A DNA stretch of 64,000 bases from Hydrolagus colliei. Its lineage: Eukaryota. The stretch is from NCBI GenBank assembly GCA_035084275.1, contig CM068747.1, forward strand, positions 7,316,001-7,380,000, read 5' to 3'. The notes under the pieces are model-generated. The model was not told where the DNA came from, ran no database searches, and saw only the letters and a list, made by a program, of their open reading frames with translations. Made by a program: the position numbers and the translations under genes. This document shows positions 44,582 to 57,639 of the stretch, one piece after another. How positions within the stretch are numbered: the stretch's first letter is position 1; each line of letters opens with the position of its first letter.

Positions 44582-45412
44582 TCAAAGTACAGTACTGATA
44601 GTGTCAAACTCCTTGGTGATTTGCGTACTGGGCAGTGACTTAAGGTACTCTAGGTGGCGTCTGGCATCCTCCTGGTTCTGACGCACATAGTACACAATGT
44701 AGGAGATGACCATAGTAAACCAGCCAAACATGGTGATGAACATGGCTATGTCCGTTGTCTTCTGGTGAATGTTGCAGAAGTTGATCCCTGAGTTGAGCAC
44801 CTGGATCAGGGGTTTGCCTGTGTACTCATCCTGCACGGAGGACTGACAGATAAACTCATTGACGGTTTCTGGGTCCAGGGTCAATTCCTCAATGACCTGT
44901 TGGAGCAAACACTCACAGTGCCATGGATTGTCAGAGAGTCGGATCTTTGCTTTAATTTTACTGAAGACTTCCTTTGGTACACTCTGGATGTTATTACTCG
45001 AAAGATCCAGCATTTTAAGACCCTCGGAGATTCCTCGAAATGCTCCAATATCAATTAACTCAATGGCGTTCTTAGACAAATCCAGTTCTTTGAGTAAGTA
45101 CAGGTCCTTGAAGGCATTGTTGGGTATTTTGGTTATCATGTTGGAGTCCAGGCGCAGTGTCACGGTGTCCGCTGGGATGTCTGCTGGAATTTCCTTCAAA
45201 TTTTTATCAGTGCACTGCACAAACTTCATCCCATTTTTATCCAGACACTTACAGCTTTTGGGGCATGAAGCGGTGACCACCTGAAGGAAAGGGAGGAGGA
45301 GCAGCAAAGTGCCCAAAGCCATCGAGTGGGCAACCTTCAGCCGTATCCATGTCAAGCCTGTCCACAACATGGTAAAACACTTCTCAGTCCTGCCCACAGA
45401 ATGACTGTCCAT
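44582..45412 (-). CDS. LRRC3: Leucine-rich repeat-containing protein 3 (signal peptide, LRRNT, LRRs, LRRCT, TM, short tail); single coding exon
   Basis: 276-aa ORF with CPKSCKC, LxLxxN repeats, KIRLSDNPWHCEC, TTDIAMFITMFGWFTMVISYIVYYVRQNQEDARRHLEYLKSLPS. KIRLS and LDPETV resemble LRRC3 more than LRRC3B. A splice acceptor (ttcacag) lies at 45469-45470. The true start may be a downstream Met. Confidence 0.9.
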   Translation of the reverse strand: MDSHSVGRTEKCFTMLWTGLTWIRLKVAHSMALGTLLLLLPFLQVVTASCPKSCKCLDKNGMKFVQCTDKNLKEIPADIPADTVTLRLDSNMITKIPNNAFKDLYLLKELDLSKNAIELIDIGAFRGISEGLKMLDLSSNNIQSVPKEVFSKIKAKIRLSDNPWHCECLLQQVIEELTLDPETVNEFICQSSVQDEYTGKPLIQVLNSGINFCNIHQKTTDIAMFITMFGWFTMVISYIVYYVRQNQEDARRHLEYLKSLPSTQITKEFDTISTVL

Positions 45413-46034
45413 TTGGCAAGTAGCTTCTCATTTCATGTGGTTGAGATGATTTTCCAACCCCAGCAGATCTGTGAATGGAAAGAAAGGTGAGATGCACAAA
45501 GTCACACCAATAGTGCTTTGGCTGTTGTTATATGTACAAGCTTGAAGGGTTGACAGAGATAGAGTTCTATTCCAGCATCGGTGGCCAGGCTTTCAGCCAC
45601 AATGCTCTCCCCTCTACTGAAAGGAACTTTCTGTAAAAAATTATGCCCTGTTCTCTGCTTTTCAGTGCCTTGGGACATCCTCCTGACATGAAAGGCACTC
45701 TATAGATGTAATTTTGTTGTTGTTGGTATTTAGTTTGACCATCAGCTATCTTCTAACTACACATTTGACCCTTGACCAAACCACTTGATCCACCATTCGA
45801 AAAAGCTCACCTTGCCTCCACCTCACACCCAATAAAGTTGATAAAATTGACACCGTTACCCATGTCTTTATCATCTCCAGACTATAGATTTTAAACTCGC
45901 CTCCACTAGCCTCTAGCCACCACCAGCTCCCATAGAAATCCATAGCTTGTATCCTCGCCCATACTAAGCTCCAAATGTTCATGACTACCATCTTTACCAG
46001 GCTTCACAGCTTACAGACTGCCAGTGAATCAATT

Positions 46035-46960
46035 CAACAACAACAACTTGGATTTATATAGCGCCCTCCACGCCAGATGGCGTCTCAGAACGCTTCCCAA
46101 TAAAGAATCCAGAGGCCGAGACAGGGGGAGGGGGAAGGTGACCGAAAGCATGGTTGAAACGAAAGCTCTTTAACCACTATCTAAAAGTAAGAAGAAAGGG
46201 GGCAAGGTGAAGGGAGTGAGGAAGGGAGTTCCAGAGCCTCGGGGCATAGTGGCCGAAGGCACAGCTGCTGATGGTGGAGTGGAGGATTCAGGGGACAAGG
46301 AGGAGGCCAGACCCGGTGGAGCGAAGGCAACAGTTAGTGTTGTGAAGAGAGAGGTCAGAGAGGCAGAGGAGTAGATGGATTTGAAAACAAGAGTCAAGAT
46401 CTTGAAATCGTCCTCTCTGGGACAGGCAGCCAGTGCAGTCTGGCAAGGATTGAGGTAATCGGGGAGTGGAGTTTGGTATGGGTAAGAATGTGGACGCCAG
46501 AATTCTGGATGACCTGGATTTTATGAATGGTAGAGGAGGGGAGATCGGCGAGGAGGACACTTGAATAATCCAGCCGAGAAGTGACAAAGGCGGTGACAAA
46601 ACCAGTGTTTCAGCGGCTTTTGGGGTGAGATATTGCTGGAGACGGGCAATGCATCGGAGGTGGAAGAAAGCAGTGTTGGTGAGAGACTGGATGTTGGAGA
46701 GGAAAAATAATTGGGGGTTGAACCTGCTGCCTTGGGTGCGTACATGTTCTGAGAGTTTTCGGGTAGATGGAGGAGGTGAGAACCATGCGATTGAAGACGT
46801 TGATGAGAGCCAAAGAGTATGGCTTCCGTCTTGTCAACATTTAGCTGAAAGATATTTGTGCTCATTCAACTCCTGATGTGTGACAGGCAGGCTAACAGAA
46901 CATCAGGAGTCTGGGGGGGTCGCAAAGTGAGGTGGAAAAATAGATTTGGGTGACATCCAC
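46035..46960 (-). mobile_element. L2-type LINE 3' portion (ORF2 remnant, C-family tail)
   Basis: Minus-strand FQLNVDKTEAILFGS (L2 LNxxKTE motif); tail GCGTTCTGAGACGCCATCTGGCGTGGAGGGCGCTATATAAATCCAAG(TTG)n. Confidence 0.8.
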
Positions 46961-47099
46961 AATAACTTTGTTCTGATTTTTAAGTGTTAGGACCTGATAT
47001 TTCTCATGTTCTTAGGCTCAGGACTAATGTTTAAAATCTTAATGTCATGCAAACTTTGAAATAAACTCTGTATCATAAATCTATTTTTTGATATTGCAG

Positions 47100-48180
47100 A
47101 AATCCCATTTAAAATCTTAGTACTGTATGTCTTTATAACATCCCCTCTGAGACATCTCTTTGCAAGGCTGAGGAGCCCTACCTTATTTATTTGTTATTCA
47201 TAGGTCATTCTTCACTGCAAAATAATCCCCTTTGCTCTTTTCTACTTCCAGGCCTCATAACTCTGTCACATGAACTATGTGTTGTCTGGCCAGATAACTG
47301 TATGATTTCTGAGATCTGAACATAACTGATTTGGCATTGATGCCCAGCATTCTGTCTTGTCTTGTTTATTGCTGCCTGACACTGTTTGACAAAGTGAGCA
47401 ATGAGTAAACTAACATCCCTTGCTTTCCTTCTTCCATCCTGTGCATCGAGAACATGTACCCCTTGTTCTTATTTTCCATATGCATAAACTCTCTTTTTAA
47501 GATCCTTGCTGCCACTTCTAATTCCAGACTCCCACTCCTCCCAACTTGGTGTCAGCTATAAATTTAACTATAATTGAGCCTGCTAATCCAGGTCATTAGT
47601 ATCCACAAGAAATAAGACACGGTCCCAGTACAGACCCCTTAACACCACCTCCTATTTTGACTCAGCTTCTCCCAAAATATCCTCTCCTTCCAATCCCTTC
47701 AACCAATTTCAAACTTATGCTCTTGTCCGTAATAATATTAATATAAATAATTATAATAGTCCTTACATTTTGATACTGATTTTTCACATTCGAAGAATGT
47801 CTCAAAGCACTTCACATGATATACAGTACTGTGAAGTGGAATGACAGTGATTTGCCCATAAAATACAGTTGTGGTAATTTGCCGAATGCTTTTTGGAAGT
47901 CTAGAAAACACTGCAGATTCCCACAGTAAATTTGGGATGTCACCTCCTCAAAACGACAAGATTTACTCCTCCTGAACCCATGCTGCTGTAAATTATTAAT
48001 TTATTACATTATTTTTATATAAGTCATTTTCTTTTTTTTCTGATGATTTACTAAATTTTTCCAATTATTGAGGTCACGCTACTGATTCTATAGGTGCTCG
48101 GTGTGGTTCTGTGACCTTTCTTGAATATGGAACCACATTGTGTGGTTGCTTGCTTCCAGTCTGTTGGTATAGTCTGTGGC
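47100..48180 (-). mobile_element. Degenerate CR1 LINE RT fragments interrupted by a SINE tail
   Basis: GGGTCTGTACTGGGACC (GSVLGP), GACTTCCAAAAAGCATTC (DFQKAF) and IPTDWKQA...IFKKG on the minus strand. Confidence 0.7.
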
Positions 48181-49853
48181 TTTGTGGATTCCTGCAGCTT
48201 AGTGGTTAGAGTACTTGCCTCGCAAAGGATAGGACCTGGGTTTGATTTTGGGCAGGGCGAAACATTGGGCAAATTTCCTTACTCCACACGCACCTAGCAG
48301 TGAGTAGAAACTCGGTTGTTAGGAGGATTGTTTTTCCCGCGGGTAATAATCCCTCAAATAAATAAAAATGATAATTTAGTCACTCAATCCACAACTGTTT
48401 ATGGGAGACCGCTGTGGTAATTAGCCCCCATAGCCTTAAAGTTTGCAAGTTGAACACTCGAGTTTGGTTACCTGCTTGTGTCAATTTCCCAAGTTAAAAT
48501 GAATGTTATTGAACTGTGGTCACTGTGACTGAAGTAAGGCAAGTGCTGGAAAGAGCAACTAAACTACTTTGTACATAACAGCACCCAAACTAGACATAGC
48601 ATGACTATTCAAAACATTACTGCTATTTCACTCATGCTTCAACAGTAACCACAGAGTGAGGGCGAGTCCTTTACAGTTTCACTGTCTGAAACATTTGGTT
48701 CAGGTCACAGAAGTGAAAGGGCAGCAATTTGTAAAAAGAAGCCAGCTCCCAAATAATGCTTCAATTGGCAAATTTTGCACAAATCTGCAACAACCTTAAA
48801 TTTTAACGTAAAAAACATTTCACAGGCTAAGTAACACCAGATGGAATATCAGCCCCACTACACCACTCAATCCTTTTCTTCCCAAGCTCAATTATCTTTA
48901 TCTGGATTGAAATGGTAATAAGTCTTGGGAGTAAAAGGACAAATACTCAAACATGCTCATTATAGAGAGAGGAACTGCATTGTGCCCTCAGGTTCAGGTT
49001 CCAACTCAAGTCTCATTAGTCAGACATTTCAAACTCAGTGCATGTTATTCTAGTGTGAATCATTGAATTAATAGACCTGATCGCGTTTTAGTATTGGGTG
49101 CATGCGACAGCTTGTTCTGATGATCTGAAATTATTAGACACCAATACTTAAATTGAGACCTATTCAATTGACATGTTCCCTTTTCAGTAAGATGAATTAA
49201 TCCAAATTCAATTCAGGAGGAAAACATATTTTCACTTTTTGTGGAATGCAATTTAATTAACCTCCATCTTTTGGCAAATTAAATAACAGCCTCTCTGAAT
49301 AAAACTTGAGAAATAGAAAAAAAAAAGGGTCAGACATTGTTTATGTCCATCTTGGATTTATTTCAGGTTTATTCAAACCCCGTCTTTGCAATTTAAATGA
49401 ATGCAGCATGGATCAGAACATAATTAGTCACATTTGGCTTGACTAACTCCTTCCACCCTGGAGGCAAGCCACTAGTTGATGATATAATAATAATTGCACT
49501 TGATATAGTATCTATCAAAATTAAAGTATCTGCTTTGGATGGAATTGATTATGGATTTTGCAGGGCAATGCAGTAGGAGGTTTAGCAGCAGCAATGTCCC
49601 ACAAATAGCCATCAAGTGAATGACCGATTAATCTGGAGGATTGTTGACCAAGACATAAGGAGAATCTCCACTCTCATTTCAAATAATACCACAGGAACTT
49701 TTCTGAGAACAGGTAGGCAGGACTGCAGTTTAAGACCTCATTTGAAGGATGCCACATCAGATAATACAGAACTTCCCCCAATACTGCAATGGGTGAATGT
49801 AGGGGGACCTATTCTATTTATAATAATTATCCTTGCATTTGATATAGTGCTTT

Positions 49854-50705
49854 CATAAGAACATAAGAAAATATCAAATAGGAACAGGAGTAGGCTATTT
49901 GGCCCCTCAAGCCTGCCCCACCATTTAATAAATGCCTGATCTTCTAACCTAATTCCATTTACCCGCCCTATTCCCATATCCCTTAATCTGTCTATGCTTT
50001 AGAAATCTATCAATCTCAGCCTTGGATATGTTCACGTACTGAGCATCCAGAGCCTTCTGGGGTAGAGAATTCCATAAATTCACTCTGAGTGAAGAAATGT
50101 TTCCTCAACTCTGATCGAAAAGGTTGAGCATTAATCTTGAGACTATGACCGCTTGTTTTAGTTTCTCCTATCAAGGGAAACAGTCTCACACTGTCTACTT
50201 GCTCAAGTCTCTTAAGAATCTTATAGGTTTCTATAAGATCACCCCTAATTCTTCTATATTCAAGAGAATATAGGTCTAGTTTACTCAACCTTTCCTCATA
50301 GGTCAAATTCCTCATCCCAGGAACCAACCTAGTGAATCTACGCTGCACACCTTCTAAGGCGAGTATGTCCTTTCTTAAATAAGGAGACCAAAACTGCACA
50401 CAATGTTCTAGGTGCGGTCTCACCAAGGCCCTGTACAATTGCAGCAAGAGTTCCCTACTCTTGTACTCTAATCCTTTTGCAATGAACGCCAATATGCCAT
50501 TAGTCTTCCCAGTTGCTTGCTGTACCTGCATACTAACTTTTTGTGACTGGTGTACAAGAACACCCAAATCTCTCTGAACACTAACACTACCTTGTCTCTC
50601 CCCCTCTAGAAAATAATCCGCTTTTCTATTTTTACTACCCAGGTGAACAACTTCACACTTCCCCACATTATACTCCATCTGCCGTCTACTTTCCCACTCA
50701 CTTAG
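49854..50705 (-). mobile_element. Relatively young 5'-truncated CR1 LINE
   Basis: 220-aa ORF 50016-50678 (KCEVVHLG, RDLGVLV, LYRALVRPHLEHCVQFWSP, RRIRGDLIETYKI); 3' (TTCTTATG)n terminal repeat. Confidence 0.92.
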
Positions 50706-51800
50706 TCACTCACACACTGAACAATCAGGACGGGAGAGGGGCAGGCAGGGGTTAGAGGCAGGAGAGAGTTAGGAGGGGAGGGAGAGAGTTGGGAGTGCAG
50801 CAGAAGGCATGGTCTAGGAGGAGGGTCTTGAGACCGACATAGACATCTCAAAGAGCTTCACAGAATATATTATAAAGTGAATTGACTATATATTTGTGCA
50901 CGAAACGCTGCAGCATTTTGTACACAAACAGTTGTGGATTGAAGTGACCAATTTATTATTTGTTTCTTGAGGGATTATTATGAGGTGTGTGGAGTAAGGA
51001 AACTTGCCCAATCTTTCACGCTGCTGCGAACCCAGGTCTCTTGCCTGTGACGCAAGTGCTTCAACAACTGAGTAATTGGTTATTAGTCCTGATGTGGGAT
51101 TTGAACCTGCAACTTTCTGACTCAGAAAACCAACTGAGCTACTGGCACAGCAGACTGAGCTGCACCATTTATTAAAACACAGAGGGTAGTGACTTTCATT
51201 TTTATGAAATTATTTTAAGAAACAATGCCAGATCATTTCTTTCACATCAGTTTCCTGTTCCACATTATGTAGAACTGTACCTCCGTAAATAAAGGGTAGT
51301 CATGTTACCATGGTATTTACTACACAGCATCCTACAATCAGAAAGTGTCCAGATTAGATTACAAGGCTGTTCAGTCTCAAAGCAACTCCACTCTAACACC
51401 TTCTAAAGATGATCAGGCTTTAAGGTTAATTATACTGTTAAATCTGTGAGTTTTACCCTTTAAGCCTGTTGAAACCTGCAGCTTTTCCACAAGTTGACAC
51501 TTTTCATTAGTATTAGTTTGCTTACTGTCATGGATGTTGTAGCTATCTCATATCCCCAGGAGTATGTGGGGAGGTGGGAGATATGATATGATGGGAGGGT
51601 GTGTGGAACAACTACATTCTCGGGATTTACAGTATTTAAAACACAGCCTCAAGCCCGGTGACTTCACTGACAGAGTGGGATTAGTTTACACTTAGTCTTG
51701 TAACATTTCATACCCTCTCTGCACTCTCCCACATCGGTCCTGTTCACAGCAGAATAATGGACATCATTAACTGCTTCAACATTACTATAGACTGTACAGT

Positions 51801-52138
51801 GGAGTCCTGTAGCTCAGTGATTAGCGCACTCGCCTTGCAAGTGATTGGCCTGGGTTCAAATCCCGGCTGCGGGAAAACTTGGGCAAGCTTCCTTACTCTA
51901 CCTATCTAATAATAATCCCTTCAAAAAAATTGCCACTTCAATCCATGACTGTTTATGGGGCACTGCTGTGTGCAATTAGCTGCTGCATTTCGCACATAAA
52001 TATATCAACTCACTTTACCCGACATGAAAGGCTCTCTATAAATGTAATTTTGTTGTTGTTGTACAGTATATTCTGTGAAGTGCTTTGAGACATCTAGATG
52101 ACATGAAAAGCGCTATATCAAATGCAAGAATGATTAAT
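51801..52138 (+). mobile_element. tRNA-derived SINE with a nested L2-tail mini-insertion
   Basis: Head and tail intact; about 45 bp CCGACATGAAAGGCTCTCTATAAATGTAATTTTGTTGTTGTTG inserted at about 52019-52061. Confidence 0.8.
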
Positions 52139-52269
52139 ATATATATTGCTCACTTTGAATGTCAGTGCTAAAGCATCATCTTAAAAAAAAACCCTCTCTC
52201 TCTCCAAACACAGAATAATAATACTGTAATTGCAATTGTTGTAGCGCTGTAACACTTCGGAAGGACGTC

Positions 52270-52655
52270 TCACAGTGCTTCACAGGAACTCCTGGGAAAT
52301 GGGAGCGACTTTATTTCTAACGAAAAGTGGCAGTAAAATTATGCACAGAGATGTCCCACAAAAAGCCATGAATTGAATACACCAATTTTCTTTTATTTGG
52401 GGGGGAATTGTTTGCCAGGCTACCAGGAGAAACTTTCTTCTCTTTTCGAATAGTGCCATGGGATCTTTAACGTAGATCAAGGCAGGCAGGACCTTGGTTT
52501 TATGTCTCCTGTGAAGGATGGCACCTCTGACAATGCAACACCCCCACCAAGTACTGCATTGGAAAGTCGCCTTAGATTCTGTGAGTTTAAGTCCTAATGT
52601 AGAATTTTGAACAACTTCTGACTCAGAAGTGAGCGTACTACCACTGAGCCAAGGT
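52270..52655 (-). mobile_element. Deu-domain SINE (AmnSINE1/SacSINE1-related)
   Basis: Reverse complement contains GAGGTGCCATCCTTCACAGGAGACATAAAACCAAGGTCC...TTAAAGATCCCATGGCACTATTCGAA. Other degenerate copies near 25760, 28015, 38740, 39745, 43480, 49580, 55000 and 59150. Confidence 0.7.
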
Positions 52656-54429
52656 GATATGTGTATGTGTTTGGAAATATATCAGTGTTTAGCCTTATAC
52701 TAGGATTGGTGCCACAGACCACAGAATTCATCACACTGGCTCCACTAATCCACTCACTTTATTCTGAATAATTAAAATTTCTTCTGGGGCCAGACAGTCA
52801 CAAGTGAACACTATAGTCGCTTGATGTACCTATCTCTAAATGTAGAAGCCAGTTTCTGTCTCCCAGGTGCAGTGACTAATACTTCAGAGAAGCAACTCTC
52901 CAGACATCTCCCAGTTTCTAGGGGGCTCAATTAAGTACTCACTTTTACTGGCCTTTTCGGTAAACTGACAGAGGAAAAGTTTTGATGGTGAATTTTACTT
53001 GTGGTGAACGACATTAATGTGGGAAAGGAACATTTTCTAATGTGAAGCAACCAATGTAGGCATCAGACTCTCTAGCACAGGTCGAGTGTTCTCCATATTC
53101 TATGCATGTGTTAATGCCTCAACTATCACAGTCTAATAAGTGATGCTACTTTATAGCAAATCTTATGAATTACTCTGAGACGTCCTCCTGATGTGAAAGG
53201 AACTGTATCAAACGTAAGGATTATTTTATTAAAAAGATAAATGGCAGAGAACGAGAGCCAGAGTGAAGCTGGCTGAATCCCTAATTGTCAATCACACTGA
53301 AGCACACAGGTACATTACTGATTCAGCAATTACTCTCTTTCCAAGTGAGGTACTGGACTTATGCCAGCATAGAGAGAGAGGACTGGGCAGTTCCTTAGTA
53401 ATGTTATAATAACCAATTCCCTGGTACTAAAATCAGTAAAGTGATGCTGTTTATAAAGGACTAATCCTTTCTAGGATTATGTGAATCAAGTTCCCCGCCT
53501 CTGGAGCATATGAAGCGGAATATGTTTTGGCACAAAATAGACTGGCCACCAGGCAAGATACTCATGTTCAACAGTTAATTTTGATCCTTTATTTGTAGAA
53601 GTGACCGATGCATGACTATCCTCTGTAGGTAGGGAACATGGGTCTCCTTGGAGCTGACCTGGCTCTATGTTGATGTGCCCAACAATGGAATGTTAAAATC
53701 AGCTCAACCTTCTTTGGTGGACTTGGTAGTACGATTTCTGAGCCAGGCAAGTTTGCAGTGCTCCAGGGCACTGCTGATGACAGACCAACCAGCCAAACTC
53801 ATTGGCAGGAATTGGAGGGGCAAACTAGTCATTGGAGATAGAGATTCTTCTGACTCAGCTATTATTAACCCTACAACCCTAATAGGTAGGGTGGTCCTAG
53901 CTGGGAAAGCAAGGGGCAGCTTGCCAGACAGCACTCTTAATTGCAAACTATGCCATTTTAACTCTAGTGCTCAACATCCCCAAACCTTGGCTCTCACCAA
54001 CCTGCACTTAATACTTTATGGAATTAAATAAGCAAGGTACATGACTTTGGGGAGAGAAGGCTCATTCCATACACAGGGACATTACTATGTGGAGATGTTT
54101 GTATATGTATAACTCAGTCTGATTTGGATACTCTTCAGCATGGTAATGGCTTTCCATGTGTGTTAGACACCCAGGCGACCAAAGGAAAACATACAGAGGA
54201 ATACAGCAATCAATAATCCCGAAGGCTAATGCACCTTCTTAATGGATTCCTGTTATTGCAATAAATGTAATAGATTTATGGAAATTACAGCACTATACAA
54301 AAGGAAGGTAGCCATTTGCCCATTGTGCCTGTTAGTTCCTCCAGTCGGGTTATGTACCAGACTATATTTTAATGACACTCTGTCCAACAATGACTCAGAG
54401 GCAACGGAACTAGAACATGGCCTCCTAAT

Positions 54430-54752
54430 AATAATAATTATTATTATTATTATTATACTAAGCCTTGTATTTGATTTAGATCTTTTTGCATCTTCTAAAT
54501 GTCGCAAAGTGCTTCACAGAATATACTGTAAAATGAATTGACTGTCTATTTGTGGGCGAAACGAGGCAGTCAATTGCACACAGAGGTATCCCACAAACAG
54601 TCGTGGATTGAGTGACCAAATTATTATTTTAGCTTTTTCTTGAGGGATTATTATCAGGTGCATGCAGTAAGGAAACGTGCCTAAGGTTTTGCCCTGCAAG
54701 GAATCAAACTTTCTTGAAAGGCAAATGCTCTAACCCATTAACGACAGGATTC
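54430..54752 (-). mobile_element. tRNA-derived SINE, short form
   Basis: Reverse-complement body and tail with (ATA/TAT)n. Confidence 0.75.
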
Positions 54753-57639
54753 CCCTGATTTTCTCCTAGGATTATCTCTACTATATTCTTGTAGAACCAA
54801 TTGTAGCGCTTGCTCTGAGTCAACAAATAGCAGGAATATTTTTACACCACTTAATAACGAGTTGGTTTGTCAAATTGCAATGTTGGTGGGGAATGTTCCA
54901 TTGTTGGAGATGCATTTTTCAGCTGAGCTCCTGCCCGCATGATTTCTAGTGGACATTAAAGTGTGCACTCCTTTTACATTGAAAGGCACCTTAAAGTGCC
55001 TCACAGAATTGTATTTTGAAGTGCAGTGATGGTGTTTTGAAAGCAAAGACGCCAGCAAATTTGCACTCAGCAAGTGTCTCATAGACAGCTATTGAGTGAA
55101 TGACCAATTTTATTTGGGGGCTTGTTGGGGTGACTGGGAGAAACTCCCATCTCAATTTGAATATGAGATTGTTGGTATCCACCCGAATAGCGCATTGGGA
55201 CGCCCTCCCAACGTGATTTTTATGCTGTTTTGTTGTTGAACAGGCAGACGGGACCTCAGTTTAATGTCTCACCCGAAGGATGGTACATCTGAGCTTCCAC
55301 CCACATGCTGTTAAGACTCAGGGGCAAAAATGCTACCAACTGTGTGTTTGTATGTACATGAGTGTGTTTGTGTGTAGCATCTATGTGGGAGTGTGTATAA
55401 CATGTTACATGTAGGGTATGGGCAAATGGGTTTATATAAGCCCTGGAGTAAACTGACTCCACTTTAGTCCCTGTTTGTCAGTTCCTGATGATGACACTCT
55501 GAGCCAGCCAGAAAAGAACGCACTTACTCAGCACCATGTTGCCTGGTTACCAGCAGACTACAGACCCCGCTGCAGAAACAAGGTTTTATTTTGTTCTCTC
55601 CCATGTTCAATCTAGAATTAAATTGACTGTCTGGGGAGAGAAGTGTTTCCACTCCTATACTAACCAGCTGATACTCCAGATTCCTGTGACAGCCTGTATT
55701 TCCTGCAGAGCAGAATCGGATCTGGGCTTCATTCAAGAATTTAAAAGTAGAGTAGAATGATGGTAAATTCAATTCACTTGGATTTGTGCTCCCAATCCCA
55801 ACATGGCAATGTGGATCTAATCCCATTTCAGCCTCTGGCGAACTTTGTATTTCCCTTCCATTGCTCAGAATACTGTGGTTTTAGATGCCAGCCTGGCTCA
55901 GTTGATACCACTGTCACCTCAGAGTCAGAAGGTTGTGGATTCTAACTGCACATCAGGACTTTGAACTCATGATACAGATTGGGGTGCACTGTTGGAGCAG
56001 TATATATTATACCGTGAGCTCTGGGATGTTATCCTTCGTGACGGACGCTATACAAACGCAAGTTGTTGTCATATGCAAGTATATGCATCAATGTGTGTCT
56101 GTGAGGATACATCTATTTGTGAGTATGTGTGTGTGTCTCTCTCACTCACTAATCAGACCACGACAGAAAGAAATGGCAACAAAAAGTAGAATTGTGACTC
56201 TGGGAGGAGAAGACAGAAATTGACGAAAATGAACCAGAGAAAGAGTAAGTGAATGCTCCTAAACGTAGATCTATTCTCCCCCCACACAGTCTCCTAAGAG
56301 GACACAACCTCTGGCCTGGCTCCACTCAGCCACTTCCCACAGCAGCTCTTTCACATCTGTAACTCACTGTGCGAAGATTATTTGTCCACACCAGTCACTA
56401 CATATCAGTATATTAAATCACACTGAATCATTGTACTGGACTATTAGTGTGAGTGATACCACAAGTCAGTGCCCTGTCCTCACCAGCCTTTTCCTCCCTA
56501 CCAAATACATATGCAGATAGGTACTGAGGTACACACAAGCCCTACTGTACCATACACAAGTAAATCATCACCTCGTAATGAGTGTACAGCGCACAGGAGT
56601 GAGTATTGTTGCACATGCCAGCCAAACTAGTTCAAGATGTGAATGAGTTTCTGAGTGATACTCTGTGTGCATTGTGGCTTGAATTGTCTCTGAGCCGTGC
56701 ACTCCAAGCCTCGACACCCCACTAGCCATTAGTTACCTTGATCAATAACATCTCCTGCCTGAAATTAAATACAGATGAAATTAAGTGAAGGTAATGATCA
56801 GATTTGTGTGAAGCCATCGCCATCTGTGTTAGCTCCTAGAATAAAACATCTCGGTGTCAACAACAACAGTGTACACATACACAGGCACCTTTCACATTGG
56901 CAGGATGTCTCAAAAGAGCTTCACACCTCTGGCTGGGTTCCATGGGGTGGGAGGGGGAGGTGGCCATAAAGCATGTTTGAAACCATGGTTCTTAAGGACC
57001 GATAATAGGTCTTAAAGAGATGTTTTGAAGATGGGGAGGGTCATACAGAGAGGGACTCCAGGATGGAGTTCCAGACAGTGGAGCAGAATGATTGAGAGCT
57101 TGCACAAATGGTGGAGGGACATGAAGCAGACTTTGCTGAGGAGAGAGAGAGAGAGAGCTGCTGGGGCAACAAGTGTCACAGAGGTACAGAGAGGTAACCA
57201 ATCACTGTTTATTGATAACCACATTTCATAAAGAACCCATATCGACCTCCATGTCTGTGAGGTTTATTTCCCAGTCCTGTATAAACTGTCTGCCTGCAAA
57301 ACAGCCGCTTAAAAACCCTCTCACTCCATTATGGTTCCCCCCCCCCACCTCTCCCTTCCCACCCCCCCCCACCCCCACCTCCACCCCTCGCATCACTTAA
57401 AACAGTGTAACAAGAGGTGAGATGTATAATATCACAGCTTCTCATCTGACAGCACTGGACTGAGAAGCCAAAGCAAGTACACAGACAGAGGTCACACACA
57501 AATCTACAGCCTTTGAAGAAGACGAGGAGTTTCTGTGCTCTCCCCCCCCCCCCCCCCCACACACCCACCCCCCCCACCAACTAAACTGATCCCAAGAGTC
57601 CCTGACACCAACTCGGCTCAAACCATAAAATAAATCAAT

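Noticed and set aside
44859-45284. 141-aa plus-strand ORF
   Set aside because: Antisense shadow of the LRRC3 coding exon. The same applies to the minus-strand ORFs over PCBP and PARP exons.
50016-50678. 220-aa ORF as a host gene
   Set aside because: It is the C-terminal part of CR1 ORF2 in a 5'-truncated element.
53648-54031. 127-aa ORF, and similar 60-180 aa ORFs in 26-44 kb and 47-64 kb
   Set aside because: No recognisable domain, often non-ATG starts, and no consistent splice-phase chain.
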